NCBI RefSeq assembly: GCF_009914755.1
Contig: NC_060944.1
Source of the DNA: the human T2T-CHM13v2.0 reference genome, Homo sapiens
Length of the DNA: 64,000 bases
Direction: 5' to 3' (one strand)
The notes beneath the pieces were generated by a model that was not told where the DNA came from, did not search any database, and saw nothing but the letters and a program-made list of their open reading frames with translations. Positions 1-10,785 of this stretch are shown in pieces. How positions within the stretch are numbered: the stretch's first letter is position 1; every line of letters begins with the position of its first letter. Position numbers and translations under genes: made by a program.

Positions 1-1658
1 ATCCCCGTCTAAAAATCCCACTAACTTCCTTCTGAGAAAGTTGAGAGTCTTGTTTATACTAAAGTGTTAATGACTCACAAAGCATTCCCAGAGGAAAAGT
101 TAACAGGAGGAGACTGTGAGGCTCTGGTGGTGAAAGGTCAGGCATGAGCCCTGGGGGAGATGTTTTCTTCTCTGGAGGCCCCTCCTGAGACCCCCCATCT
201 CTGCACAGGAAGACGAACCCTGTGCCCAGCGGGTCCACCTATCTGCCCACGTGGCCCCAACCCCAGGCTTCATGGAGTAGAGCAGGGCTCATTCGTGTGG
301 CACCCACACGCAGTTTCAGGGCGTGGACTTTCCCGGATGGCTGGGTGGCTTTGGGGGAGGTGTGAGCTGTTGGTGGAGAATGCTGAGCCCGGCCCTGACG
401 ACGGTCCTCTTTTCCTGCCTTAATAGGCTAGTCCCCATCACTGTGGGGGGCAATTTGGGGATATTCTCCTCCAACTCCTGCTGGTTCTGAATCTTGCAGG
501 GAGCTGCAAATCCCAGTCACTGTGGGGTCTTGGGGCTTCTAGGAGTCCCTGCTGGGCCCAGGGCTTTTTTCTCACTGACCTGGAGGCCTCTCCCCACGGC
601 TCCCCATCTGACATCTTCTCAGCTGGGAGACTTAATTGTAAAGACTCACAGGGATCCAGGGGGCATCACAGGGGGCCCTCCTAGGTACTGACAGATGTTT
701 ATTCATTTTGAAAAATGGGCAAATAGCAAATAAAGATGTTTAGGGTATGTTTGGAAGAAAACAGCAAAATAGTAACAGCAGTGCTTACCGCTCAGCGGGG
801 AGAAGGCATATGGGTTTTCCCAGCTTTTATTTGGAAATCATTGTAGATGCAGAATTGCAAAGAAGCCTAGAGGTGTCCATGCACCCTGCCCCACCCCACG
901 GTATCATCCTGCAAAGCTGCAGGGCAACTGCCAAATCCAGACACACACGCCCCGGTGCCCACAGGGATGGCTCAGACATCGAACTTCGCTTTCTTTATAC
1001 TCCCAGTATTCCCGACACTTCTGGAATAGGCACATGACCATTATTTTTAGCTCCTTATTTCTTTTTATTTAATTAAATAAGCAACATATGGATAGTCCTT
1101 GTTTTGAGAATTTTGGGCCGGCCGCACACGGCAAAGCAGCTGAGCGCCCCTCAGCAGCTCCCCGCACAGTTACGCACTGGGATGGCACTGCGATGCGTGT
1201 GGAGAAACACCTGCTGGGTTTGGAGGTGCACAGGACCTCGGGGCGATCCCACCGGAGGAGCGGGGCTCGGCTTATGGCCCAGCTAACCCCAACTCCCCAG
1301 TGGGCCCCAGGGCCTTTCCTTCCACTTCCAGGAGTGACACCAACCTTGTCTCCTCTCCGAGCCCCAAGCAGTGGGAAGAGAGGGTCCCATAACAGGCCAT
1401 GGCAGCGGCCTCTGCTGCCTGCCCACCTCAGAGGGTCCCCAGCTTGAGAGTTCAGAGCAAACCTGGGTGCTGCATGTGTCTCTCCCCTGGAAGAAGCAGG
1501 CTGGAGACAGTGGCCCCTCTTCCCACCTCCCCGGTGCACTGCGGGCAGACTGGGAACCAGGCAGCAAATCCACCCAGCTTGAGGCCCACGTCCTCCTGAA
1601 AGGGCCCCAGGCCCACACCCGGGGTTTTGCTGAAGTGACCAAAGGTAACCGCTGTGCT

Positions 1659-2019
1659 GAGGGGGCGGTGGAGGACAGGGAGGGGGCGAAGGCGAGGTGG
1701 GCGCTGGAGGACGTGGGGGTGAAGGCGAGGTGGTCGCTGGAGGACAGGGAGGGGGCGAAGGTGTGGTGGACGCTGGAGGACAGAGAGGCGGCAAAGGCGA
1801 GGTGGGCGCTGGAGGACAGAGAGGGGGCGAAGGCGAGGTGGGCACTGGAGGACAGAGAGGGGGCGAAGGCGAGGTGGGCGCTGGAGGACAGAGAGGGGGC
1901 GAAGGCGAGGTGGGCGCTGGAGGACAGAGAGGGGGCGAAGGCGAGGTGGGCGCTGGAGGACAGAGAGGGGGCGAAGGCGAGGTGGGCGCTGGAGGACAGA
2001 GAGGGGGCGAAGGCGAGGT
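1659..2019. repeat. 36-bp VNTR, about 10 copies (GGGGGCGAAGGCGAGGTGGGCGCTGGAGGACAGAGA)
   Basis: Directly visible tandem unit; 12-aa periodicity (WALEDREGAKAR) in overlapping ORFs. Confidence 0.95.
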
Positions 2020-3006
2020 ACCCTGAGATCATCCCAGAAAACACACTGGGAAGTTCTACCTTGTGTCTAGCCTAACTCCTTTGCTGGCCCTCAGGCCCTT
2101 TCCCGACAGCCCTCCCCTCCTATGCCCCTGAGCTTCCTGCTGCCTCTCCCTCTGCGCCCTGCAGCCCTGGCTTCTGGGCTCTATCCTCAGCAGGGCCTGC
2201 AGACACCCCAGAGGCCTTAAGAGCCTGGGAGGGGTTTCCAGCCACACCCTTCACTTTGATTTCTGCAGGAAACCAGGTGGCTCTGGGCCTTGCATAGGAA
2301 AGGGTTGGGGGTCTCGCTGGGGCCTGGCAACACTGGCCTGAGTATGACCAGAACAGTCACCAGAGGCCTCCTGGGAGGGCGGGTGCAGCCCCAGCCCCCG
2401 CCGTGAGTGGGGGTCGGGGGGCAGGTGTGAAAGTGTGGTGGGCAGCAGCTGGGTCTATGCGGCTCAGCAGTGGGAAGAGAACGGGCCAGGCTTCCAGGTG
2501 AGCTCAGGGACGGTTTTCACTGCAGCTAACCCTCTCCTGCCCACCTGCGCTCCCCGTGGCAACCAGCGGCCCTGCAGCGTGCGACTCCTCTTTATTCTTC
2601 CAAACTCTGTGAGCCTGCACGCTCCCATCCAGGACGGAACAGCAGGGGAGAGTGGCTGAAGGATGACAGGGGGCTTTTAGGGCCAGCCGGGTGGATGAGC
2701 TGGGTTTGCTGGGGTTGAGGGCTCAGTCGGGGGTTGGGGGGTGTCGAAGTCTGGGCCCCATCCAGCTGTCCTTTTTGTCCCGCCCAGGTGTCCCTGTGGT
2801 TCCTGTTCTGCCCCTGGCTTCTCTGGGGTTAAGTCCTCCTCCCTGTTCCCTCACTGTGGGGTTTGGCAGTGTGGCACAGTGTGGAGCTTGGACCGGCAGC
2901 CAGGGTCACAGCAGACCTCAGGAACTCCGATTCCAGTGCCAACACTGAGTACTCCTCTTTTGGGGGCATCAGAGCCTCTCCCTTGGCTACCTGGGGAGGC
3001 TGGTAT

Positions 3007-3432
3007 GGAGGGAGGTGGAGGGAGATGGGGGAAAGTGAGGGGAGGTGGGGGAAGGAGGGAAAGAGGGGGGAGGGGGAAGGGGAGGAGGAAGGGGAGGAAG
3101 GAGGAGGAGGAAGGGGGAGGGGGAAGGGGAGGAGGAAGGGGAGGAAGGAGGAGGAGGAAGTGGGGAAGAGGAGGAGGAAGGGGGAAGGGGGAGGAGGAAG
3201 GGGGGAAGGGGGAGGAGGAAGGGGGAAGGGGGAGGAGGAAGGGGGGAAGGGGGAGGAGGAAGGGGGAAGGGGGAGGAGGAAGGGGGGAAGGGGGAGGAGG
3301 AAGGGGAAGAAGGAGGAGGAGGAAGGGGAAGAAGGAGGAGGAGGAAGGGGGGAAGGGGGAGTGGGAGGAGGAAGGGGAAGAAGGAGGGGGAAGTGGGGAA
3401 GGGGAAGGGGGGAAGGGGGAGCGGGAGGTGAG
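3007..3432. repeat. Polypurine (G/A) low-complexity tract upstream of BIRC7
   Basis: About 420 nt almost exclusively G and A (GGGGAAGGGGGAGGAGGAA-type units). Confidence 0.95.
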
Positions 3433-3649
3433 GGCAGCTCGGGCCCTTCTTTTTGCTCTGATCTTCCTGGCCTGAGGACAAGAGCTGCTCCCAGACCTGC
3501 AGAGGCCCCTTGGGGCAGAGGGATGTTTCAGAGAACAGCCGGGTGACCTGCCTCCCTGCTCTGCGTGACGCAGCCCTAGGCCCCTGTGAGGCTAGAGTCA
3601 CCCCCGCAAGGTGGGAGGTCACGGCCCCTGCCTGCACAGGCAGCACAGC

Positions 3650-3898
3650 TCACATGTCCTTCCTTGAGCCTTCTCTGCTTCCGGAGGCTGCCCTGGGCGC
3701 CTGACCTTGGAGCCATCATCTCCAGCTCCCCAACCCCTCCCCCACAGCCCTGGGGCAGACACCAGCCTGGGGAGGGGTCTCCATGCTCAGTTCCTTCCCG
3801 TCTTGTTCAGAGAGACGTGGCCTGCCCACGTGCAGTCAGCGGCATCCGCAACCCTGCCAGGGGCCCCGTGACACGCCCCCGCTGCACAGAGCATGTGA
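3650..3898 (+). promoter_or_regulatory. BIRC7 proximal promoter E-boxes (MITF/TFE-type)
   Basis: TCACATG 3650-3656, CACGTG 3827-3832, CATGTGA 3892-3898; BIRC7 is an established MITF target. Confidence 0.6.
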
Positions 3899-4110
3899 CC
3901 CCAGAGGCCACCCTGGCCACTTCCAGAAAGCTGTGGGCCCTGGGATACTCCCCTCCCAGGGTGTCTGGTGGCAGGCCTGTGCCTATCCCTGCTGTCCCCA
4001 GGGTGGGCCCCGGGGGTCAGGAGCTCCAGAAGGGCCAGCTGGGCATATTCTGAGATTGGCCATCAGCCCCCATTTCTGCTGCAAACCTGGTCAGAGCCAG
4101 TGTTCCCTCC

Positions 4111-4459
4111 ATGGGGCCTAAAGACAGTGCCAAGTGCCTGCACCGTGGACCACAGCCGAGCCACTGGGCAGCCGGTGATGGTCCCACGCAGGAGCGCTGT
4201 GGACCCCGCTCTCTGGGCAGCCCTGTCCTAGGCCTGGACACCTGCAGAGCCTGGGACCACGTGGATGGGCAGATCCTGGGCCAGCTGCGGCCCCTGACAG
4301 AGGAGGAAGAGGAGGAGGGCGCCGGGGCCACCTTGTCCAGGGGGCCTGCCTTCCCCGGCATGGGCTCTGAGGAGTTGCGTCTGGCCTCCTTCTATGACTG
4401 GCCGCTGACTGCTGAGGTGCCACCCGAGCTGCTGGCTGCTGCCGGCTTCTTCCACACAG
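4111..4459 (+). CDS. BIRC7: BIRC7 (Livin/ML-IAP) exon 1 coding part
   Basis: [13 protein letters not shown]...DHVD...[12 protein letters not shown]...AGFFHT, start of the BIR domain; donor G|GTCAGT at 4460. Confidence 0.98.
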
Positions 4460-5916
4460 GTCAGTCCCGGGCGGGGGGGCCTTCCTGCCATGGGCCTGGG
4501 CACGATTCTGGACCCTTCCAGCCCAGGGCTCTGCCTCCTCCGTAGCATCCATCCCCCAACAGGAAGGGTCTGGCCTGATGACGGAGCAGTGGTCCTGCAA
4601 GTCCCTCCAGTGCCCATGGGCTCGTGCCTGACACCCTCCCCCGGAGTCTCTGCTGGCTGAGTGTTTCAGACCGTGGGACGTGAGGAGGGGCTGCCTCTGG
4701 CCACAGTCTGAGGGTCTCAGCTGTGGAGGCCGCCAGCTTGGTGCACAAGTACCCCTTTGTGATAGAAGTGGGTGGGGCTGACATTGCCTGGGGCCCTCAC
4801 CTTCCCCGCTGCTGTTCTGCACAGGGAGAGGAGATGTTTAAAGAACAGGATCAGGGTGACCAAGGCAGGCAGTGGTCAGCCAGAAGGTCCTGGATGCTCA
4901 GCCTGTGGGGAATTTCTCCAGGCCCCAACCTGCAGCTACTGTCTGGTCTTCCCCAACTGAATCAAGTCCCCGGAGTACCTATCCTAGTCTTGGCCCGGGC
5001 CTGCTCCTCCGCCCTACAGCTGCAGACCATGTGGTCAGACCTGAGTTCAGGTCCCAGCTCTGCCACTTCCTGGCTGAAGGACAGGGCAGCAGGGCCCACC
5101 GAGGGCTTTACAAATACTGGCACAGCCATGGTCATTGTCAGCAGTGGGCTCTGGGGGGGCACCATCCTGGTAAGGCTGGACCAACTTAAGACAGCTGGTC
5201 GGGGGGACAGTGGCTGGGACAGTCAGAAGCCGTGGCGTGAAGGGGCAGGCCCAGCTCACCCACCTCCCTGGAAGTCCAAGGCTCAGGAGGCAAAGGCCAG
5301 GCAAGAGGCATGGCAGGTGCAGAGCCGGGGTCTTTGGGGCTGGTAGAGGTCCAGTGCCCGATGCAGCCCAAACCTGTGATGTCAGTGGCAGGTGACGTAT
5401 CGCATGGATGCCGATGAGGGGACGGGGTCGCCAGGAGGTAGAGAGATGACGGGTCCCCCACCCCCAAAGGGAGGCATGAGTTCCTAAAAGCAAGCCTGGC
5501 CCCAGACTGGCCTTCTAGGGCAGCCTCCCTTCTTCTTCTCACTGGGAATCCATCTTGGGGAAGCAGAGACCTGGGGAGGGGCCCTTCTGGCTCCTGAAGC
5601 CCCAGGGCTATAGATGTACCAAGCCCTGGGGGGCCCCCACTGCTCACTCTGGGAACAATGCAAATGCCAGCTCAGTCCTTTCCTGAACATTCTCGCCCAT
5701 CCTGGCCGGCACCCCAGTCACCCTTGTCCCCTTTTCACCTTTGATGCTAATGAGGTACAAGTGACATCCCCCACCAAGCCCCCTGCCCACCCCCTCCTCC
5801 TTCTTGCCACCTGGGAGCTCCCCTCCAGCTGAAGCTCTCATAGCCTTGGAAGGACACACCGGGGGCCCGGGGACTGGGTGGGACCTGGCTGGGGCCAGCA
5901 TCTCTCCGCACCCCAG

Positions 5917-6016
5917 GCCATCAGGACAAGGTGAGGTGCTTCTTCTGCTATGGGGGCCTGCAGAGCTGGAAGCGCGGGGACGACCCCTGGACGGAGCATG
6001 CCAAGTGGTTCCCCAG
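5917..6016 (+). CDS. BIRC7: BIRC7 exon 2 (BIR zinc ligands)
   Basis: ccccag|GC CAT CAG GAC AAG: [32 protein letters not shown]; donor AG|GTACCG. Confidence 0.97.
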
Positions 6017-6409
6017 GTACCGGCTGCCCCTGCGGGGCCCCGGGTCTGATCATGGGTAGGGGGTGGGCCCCCAACGGCTCTGTCGACCCAACACCAGGCC
6101 TGCTTTGCCTCCCTGGCCCCACAGGGCACTGGGGAGGCCCTTCTGTGGGAGGTGCTTCTGGCCGGCAGGTACCCACTTTTCCTGTGAGGGCCCCTTTTCG
6201 GAAGGGCTGCTGGGGGCAGAAATGCCTCTCCCATGGGACTACCCTGAAGCCCCATGGAGGCGTCTCCAAAGCAGCCCTCCTCGCCCATGCCCACGGGCAC
6301 TGCAGGGTGGCGGGAGGAGGGGGCCCAACCCTGACCCCCGGGGATCCAAGGGCTTGAAGCAGACAGTGGGGGCCCTGAACCCCAACCTACATCTCTGGGG
6401 CATCTGCAG

Positions 6410-6491
6410 CTGTCAGTTCCTGCTCCGGTCAAAAGGAAGAGACTTTGTCCACAGTGTGCAGGAGACTCACTCCCAGCTGCTGGGCTCTTGG
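6410..6491 (+). CDS. BIRC7: BIRC7 exon 3
   Basis: ctgcag|C TGT CAG: [27 protein letters not shown]; donor GTGAGC. Confidence 0.97.
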
Positions 6492-6582
6492 GTGAGCGCC
6501 ACCTCTCCTCGGGGCTCCGGGTGGCAGTGGGGTCCTGCCCCTCCTATTTCCCCAAGGCCTGATGGTCTCTGGCTCCTTCCAG

Positions 6583-6628
6583 GACCCGTGGGAAGAACCG
6601 GAAGACGCAGCCCCTGTGGCCCCCTCCG
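6583..6628 (+). CDS. BIRC7: BIRC7 exon 4
   Basis: ttccag|GAC CCG TGG: [15 protein letters not shown]; donor G|GTGAGA. Confidence 0.95.
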
Positions 6629-6792
6629 GTGAGAGCTGACACCACCCCTGCTGACTCCTTGTGCGCCTGCAGCCTGTGCTTGGCCAAGGCCACTGGGTGT
6701 CCCCACCCTCCCAGACAGCAGGGAGAGTGACGGGCATGTGACAGGGTGTGACGCTGCTGCCTGGGTTGGCTTCAGGGGGCTGTGCCATGTGA

Positions 6793-6856
6793 GGGTGGGG
6801 GCGGGGCGGCAGGGGCCTCCCCCAGTGCAAGGCCCCATTCTGCTTCTCTCCCAGCT
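6793..6856 (+). ncRNA. MIR3196: MIR3196 annotated hairpin (intron 4 of BIRC7)
   Basis: Matches recalled precursor with mature CGGGGCGGCAGGGGCCTC; a low-confidence miRNA annotation. Confidence 0.75.
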
Positions 6857-7175
6857 TACCCCTTGGGCACAGCCCATTGCCCGTCGCCATACCACCCCCA
6901 ACAGTGCCCAGCACACAGCATCTGCAGCTACTGCCAGATGGGCAGGATGTGCAGAGGGCATTGGACAAGGGACAGGCTCTCTGGTGGCGCCTCCAGGAAG
7001 CCTCTGGATCCTGTTATGCTGTGGGAGGGGTGGGAAGAAGTGTCGGGAGCGGGGATACTCTGCAGCCCCTCCACTCCCGGCCAGAACTGGACCCCACAGG
7101 CTGCAGACCTGTATCTGGGCCGGCCCGGCTTTCTCCTTGGGAGTTAGGCCTCAAGTCTATCCTAACTGTCCACAG

Positions 7176-7247
7176 TCCCTGCCTCTGGGTACCCTGAGCT
7201 GCCCACACCCAGGAGAGAGGTCCAGTCTGAAAGTGCCCAGGAGCCAG
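7176..7247 (+). CDS. BIRC7: BIRC7 exon 5
   Basis: CTAAC branch point then cacag|TC CCT GCC: [23 protein letters not shown]; donor G|GTGCAG. Confidence 0.95.
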
Positions 7248-7372
7248 GTGCAGGCCCGGGACCCCCTGGGGTGAGGGCTGGGGCAGGGGAGGGCTGGGGG
7301 ACCCCGACCTTCCATGGCCCATAGAGGGTGGGGGCCAGGGTGTGGGGACATTTCGCAGGCCTGTCCTCCTAG

Positions 7373-7620
7373 GAGGGGTCAGTCCAGCCGAGGCCCAGAG
7401 GGCGTGGTGGGTTCTTGAGCCCCCAGGAGCCAGGGATGTGGAGGCGCAGCTGCGGCGGCTGCAGGAGGAGAGGACGTGCAAGGTGTGCCTGGACCGCGCC
7501 GTGTCCATCGTCTTTGTGCCGTGCGGCCACCTGGTCTGTGCTGAGTGTGCCCCCGGCCTGCAGCTGTGCCCCATCTGCAGAGCCCCCGTCCGCAGCCGCG
7601 TGCGCACCTTCCTGTCCTAG
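7373..7620 (+). CDS. BIRC7: BIRC7 exon 6 coding part (RING finger); alternative acceptor at 7427 gives Livin-beta (-18 aa)
   Basis: CKVCLD...CGHLVCAEC...CPIC RING and stop TAG 7618-7620; exon ends at 7625 (AG|GTGAGC); total CDS 897 nt. Confidence 0.98.
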
Positions 7621-8270
7621 GCCAGGTGAGCGCCCCAGCACCACGCGCAGCCAGCCCTCCTGCGGAGGGGGCCCTGAGCCGGCTGTGCCCGGCCCTCCTG
7701 AACCCATGCAGGCCCTTCCCGGGTGGCAGCGTCAGCTTGTTTTTACCCGGCTCCCAGGTCCCGCTGATAGCGCCCATCAATCTTACTACCTCCCTTGACG
7801 CTTAGGTTGGGGCCTGGTCCTTCGGGCACCGTGCCCTGGCGGCCACCATAGCTCTGCCTGCCTGCATTAACTGACGCCTGCTGGCTCCTCTCAGCCTTGA
7901 TTTTCCTCAGTGGTCAAGGAAAGCCGGCTTTGGAGGCGTTTGGGGAAACAGGGTGGGCCAGGTTGGGCTTACACAAGCGAGACACTGGCCTGGCTTCAAC
8001 CCGGGGCCAAGGCATGGTGGGAACACCTGCACGGGAAGGGGGTGTGTGAACCTGTTCTTAGAGAAGTGGGTGGGATACCCCATACTGGCCGAGGGACAGG
8101 TGCTGTGACCGCCTCGGGGCTCCCCAGAGCCTCTGTAGTTACCCCCGGGATGTGTCTGAAGATCTGGCAGGGGACAAAGTGGTCGGGCAGGGAACTCTGG
8201 GATCTGAGGCCCCTGGCTAGGTGGGCCCCGTCGGTTGCCATTGACTCACCCACCCCTCCTCTCCCTCTAG

Positions 8271-8510
8271 GTGCCATGGCCGGCCAGGTGGGCTGCAGAG
8301 TGGGCTCCCTGCCCCTCTCTGCCTGTTCTGGACTGTGTTCTGGGCCTGCTGAGGATGGCAGAGCTGGTGTCCATCCAGCACTGACCAGCCCTGATTCCCC
8401 GACCACCGCCCAGGGTGGAGAAGGAGGCCCTTGCTTGGCGTGGGGGATGGCTTAACTGTACCTGTTTGGATGCTTCTGAATAGAAATAAAGTGGGTTTTC
8501 CCTGGAGGTA
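8271..8510 (+). other. BIRC7: BIRC7 exon 7 (3' UTR in canonical isoforms)
   Basis: Pyrimidine tract plus TAG acceptor ending 8270; AATAAA 8485-8490; 3' end approximate. Confidence 0.85.
8485..8490 (+). terminator. BIRC7 poly(A) signal AATAAA
   Basis: Canonical hexamer at the end of the last exon. Confidence 0.85.
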
Positions 8511-8815
8511 CCCAGCAGCCTGTTCCAGACCACGAGCTGCCTCCCCACCCACCCAACCCGACACAGGTCACCACCTCTCCAGGCTGGCAGGGCAGCACCT
8601 GCCCAGGTCCAGCTGGCTCCAGGCTGCTCCCCAAACTTCCCCCACTCCCGCAGACACCCCCCTTCCAGGCCCCTCACCTCCTTCCCCTCGCGCTTATCCT
8701 CCAGTATTTTAAGGACTGTTGGAACGGGCAGGCCGCAGGCCCCACCTGAGATTGTACCCCTGACTGTCCCCCAAGCTCGGCATCTTCCAGAGAGTGGGTG
8801 AGGGCCATGTTCCTG

Positions 8816-8821
8816 TTTATT
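8816..8821 (-). terminator. NKAIN4 poly(A) signal AATAAA
   Basis: TTTATT on the + strand, about 700 nt downstream of the NKAIN4 stop. Confidence 0.8.
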
Positions 8822-9511
8822 TACCAACTTGATGATACCTGGGGGAGCCTTTGGGACTGTTTGCCCAAGAGCCCCCTTTACAAGAGTACTGCCTGCTCGT
8901 CACCACCATGTGCCCTGCCCTATGCCTTGGGGCCTGGCTCTGCTGTTCCTGGTCAAGCCCAGCCCCCACCCTAGGGCTCCATCAGCCTCAGCTCCTGGGT
9001 GGGGTGGGGGTTCTTCTGGCACGAGTTTGGGGTTAGGAACCCTCCATGTTCAACAGGGGCCCTCACCGCTTGAGGGGTCTCGGGCCTCACATTGACTTCC
9101 TGGGGAGGCTGCATCCCAGCAGCAGTGCTTGCAGCCCGAGGGTCCAGCAGCCCCAGGTGGGCACCTGAGGGAGGGGCTCCTCGACGAGACGACAGCCTGG
9201 GGGCAGAGCTGTGACCCCCATGTTGCCAGAGGAGGTGGGCATGTGGGGTTTTGCCTTTTCTTTTGTATGTTTTCTTTTCTTTTTTTTTTTTAAGAGAAAG
9301 GAAATTACAAACTCTCTTGACGCTGCAGCCAGCCGTGGCACTGCCCTGCCGCCCTGGCTGGTGTCCAGTACTTAGAACCCAGGGCAGGTGCTGCCGGCCG
9401 CCTGGGGGGTGCTGGGTGGGGGCGCGTCCCAAGGCCTGGGAGCTCCTGTCATTGTCACTGGTCGGTCGCTGAGGCTGGAGGCCACAGGAGCAGGATCAGC
9501 TGTTTCCTCAC

Positions 9512-9521
9512 TTACGCAGGC
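9512..9521 (-). CDS. NKAIN4: NKAIN4 exon 7 coding part (completes L, then P-A-stop); 3' UTR runs to about 8795
   Basis: Minus strand ccacag|G CCT GCG TAA; brings the CDS to 627 nt = 208 aa. Confidence 0.88.
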
Positions 9522-10553
9522 CTGTGGGGACAAGGTCAGAGAGCACCTGGGGGAACAGGGCTGGGGCGGCCACTGGGGGCTGCCACCCCCTCCCCTTGGA
9601 GAACCTGAAATGGAACAAAGTCCAAGCAGTGGACGGCTTCAGGCCTTTGGCAGAAAGGAGATGGGTGGGACTGAGGCTCTGGAAAGCCCCCACTGCCTCT
9701 CTCTGTGCCGGCAGGTCAGCGTCTTGTGCCTGTTTGCTGACATCTCAGTGGGGTCTGGCCTGTGGGGCTGGGAGTGGAGAGGGGGCTCACCCAGGGGTGT
9801 GCCTGGGTCCCTGGCTCAGGGTCTGCGTGTGACCCCACCCCTTCCCAGGTCTTTATTCCCCTGTTCTCTGACATGGGAGCTGGGCTCCTGCTACCTTGAA
9901 CGGCCCCTGCCGGGACAGCCCTCATTTTTAGGAGAGAAGAGCCAGGGGCTACCCAGGGGCGTGCCATCAGGTGTGTCTGGGGGCCTGGGCAGCCCAGGGG
10001 CGGTGCAGCCACCTATTCTGAGCCCCAAACTAGGATTGTGTACGGGGCGGGCTGTGTGGCAAAAGCTATTTCAGAGGAGGCCAGGTGGGAGCCCTGGCAC
10101 CCCATGCCAAAGTCTGGGGTTTGCAGAGCTGTGGACACTGCCTTTCAAGAAACAAGTCTGGTTCTGCCAGATAGGAAGCCAGGGCCCCAGCTCCTGCCAC
10201 AGAGAGACCCCTACAGCACCCCCATGCCGCCTGCTGGGAAGTGGCTCTTCAGGACACCCTTGCGGCCCCCGACTCAGAGCCGACTCCTGGACCCAACCCC
10301 CTCCCACAGTCTCCATCTCTGCTGGGCTCTGAGCTTCTGGGCTGGGACTGGGTCCTAGGTCTCTGCAGCCCCAGTACCACCCCAGAGCCTGGCATGAAGC
10401 AGATGTTAGAAAAGTGAGAGTGGATGGATGGACGGATGGATGGCAGAACGGACAGGCAGGTGCCTGGTGAGGCCCCCAAGGAAGGCAGCCTCTCGCTGTG
10501 AGGGCCAGATTGGCCAGGCTGGCCGCAGAGCAGGTTCTGCCAGCCATACTTAC

Positions 10554-10638
10554 AAGTACACCTGCTTGGACAAGAGACTGGATGGCTTTTCATTGACATG
10601 GTAGAGAGGAAATGGATCAAATCCACCAATGAAATCAA
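10554..10638 (-). CDS. NKAIN4: NKAIN4 exon 6
   Basis: tttcag|TT GAT TTC: [28 protein letters not shown]; donor GTAAGT. Confidence 0.95.
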
Positions 10639-10785
10639 CTGAAAGAAATCAAGACCCAAATAAAACAAAACCTACACAATGGAAAAGATGTCAGAGTGGA
10701 AAACAAGCCCAACCAGACAAAGAAGCCCAAGGGGTCCCTGGGGGCACAGACAGTGCCCAAAGCCCTGACATGACAGCAGAGGGAA

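Noticed and set aside
1069-2075. Overlapping 234-258-aa ORFs with a WALEDREGAKAR repeat
   Set aside because: Translations of the 36-bp VNTR, open on both strands
2741-3646. Gly/Glu/Arg-rich and Pro-rich ORFs
   Set aside because: Artefacts of the polypurine tract
9506-9516. GTAAGT donor word overlapping the NKAIN4 stop codon
   Set aside because: Would define a 6-nt exon with no identifiable downstream acceptor or coding exon
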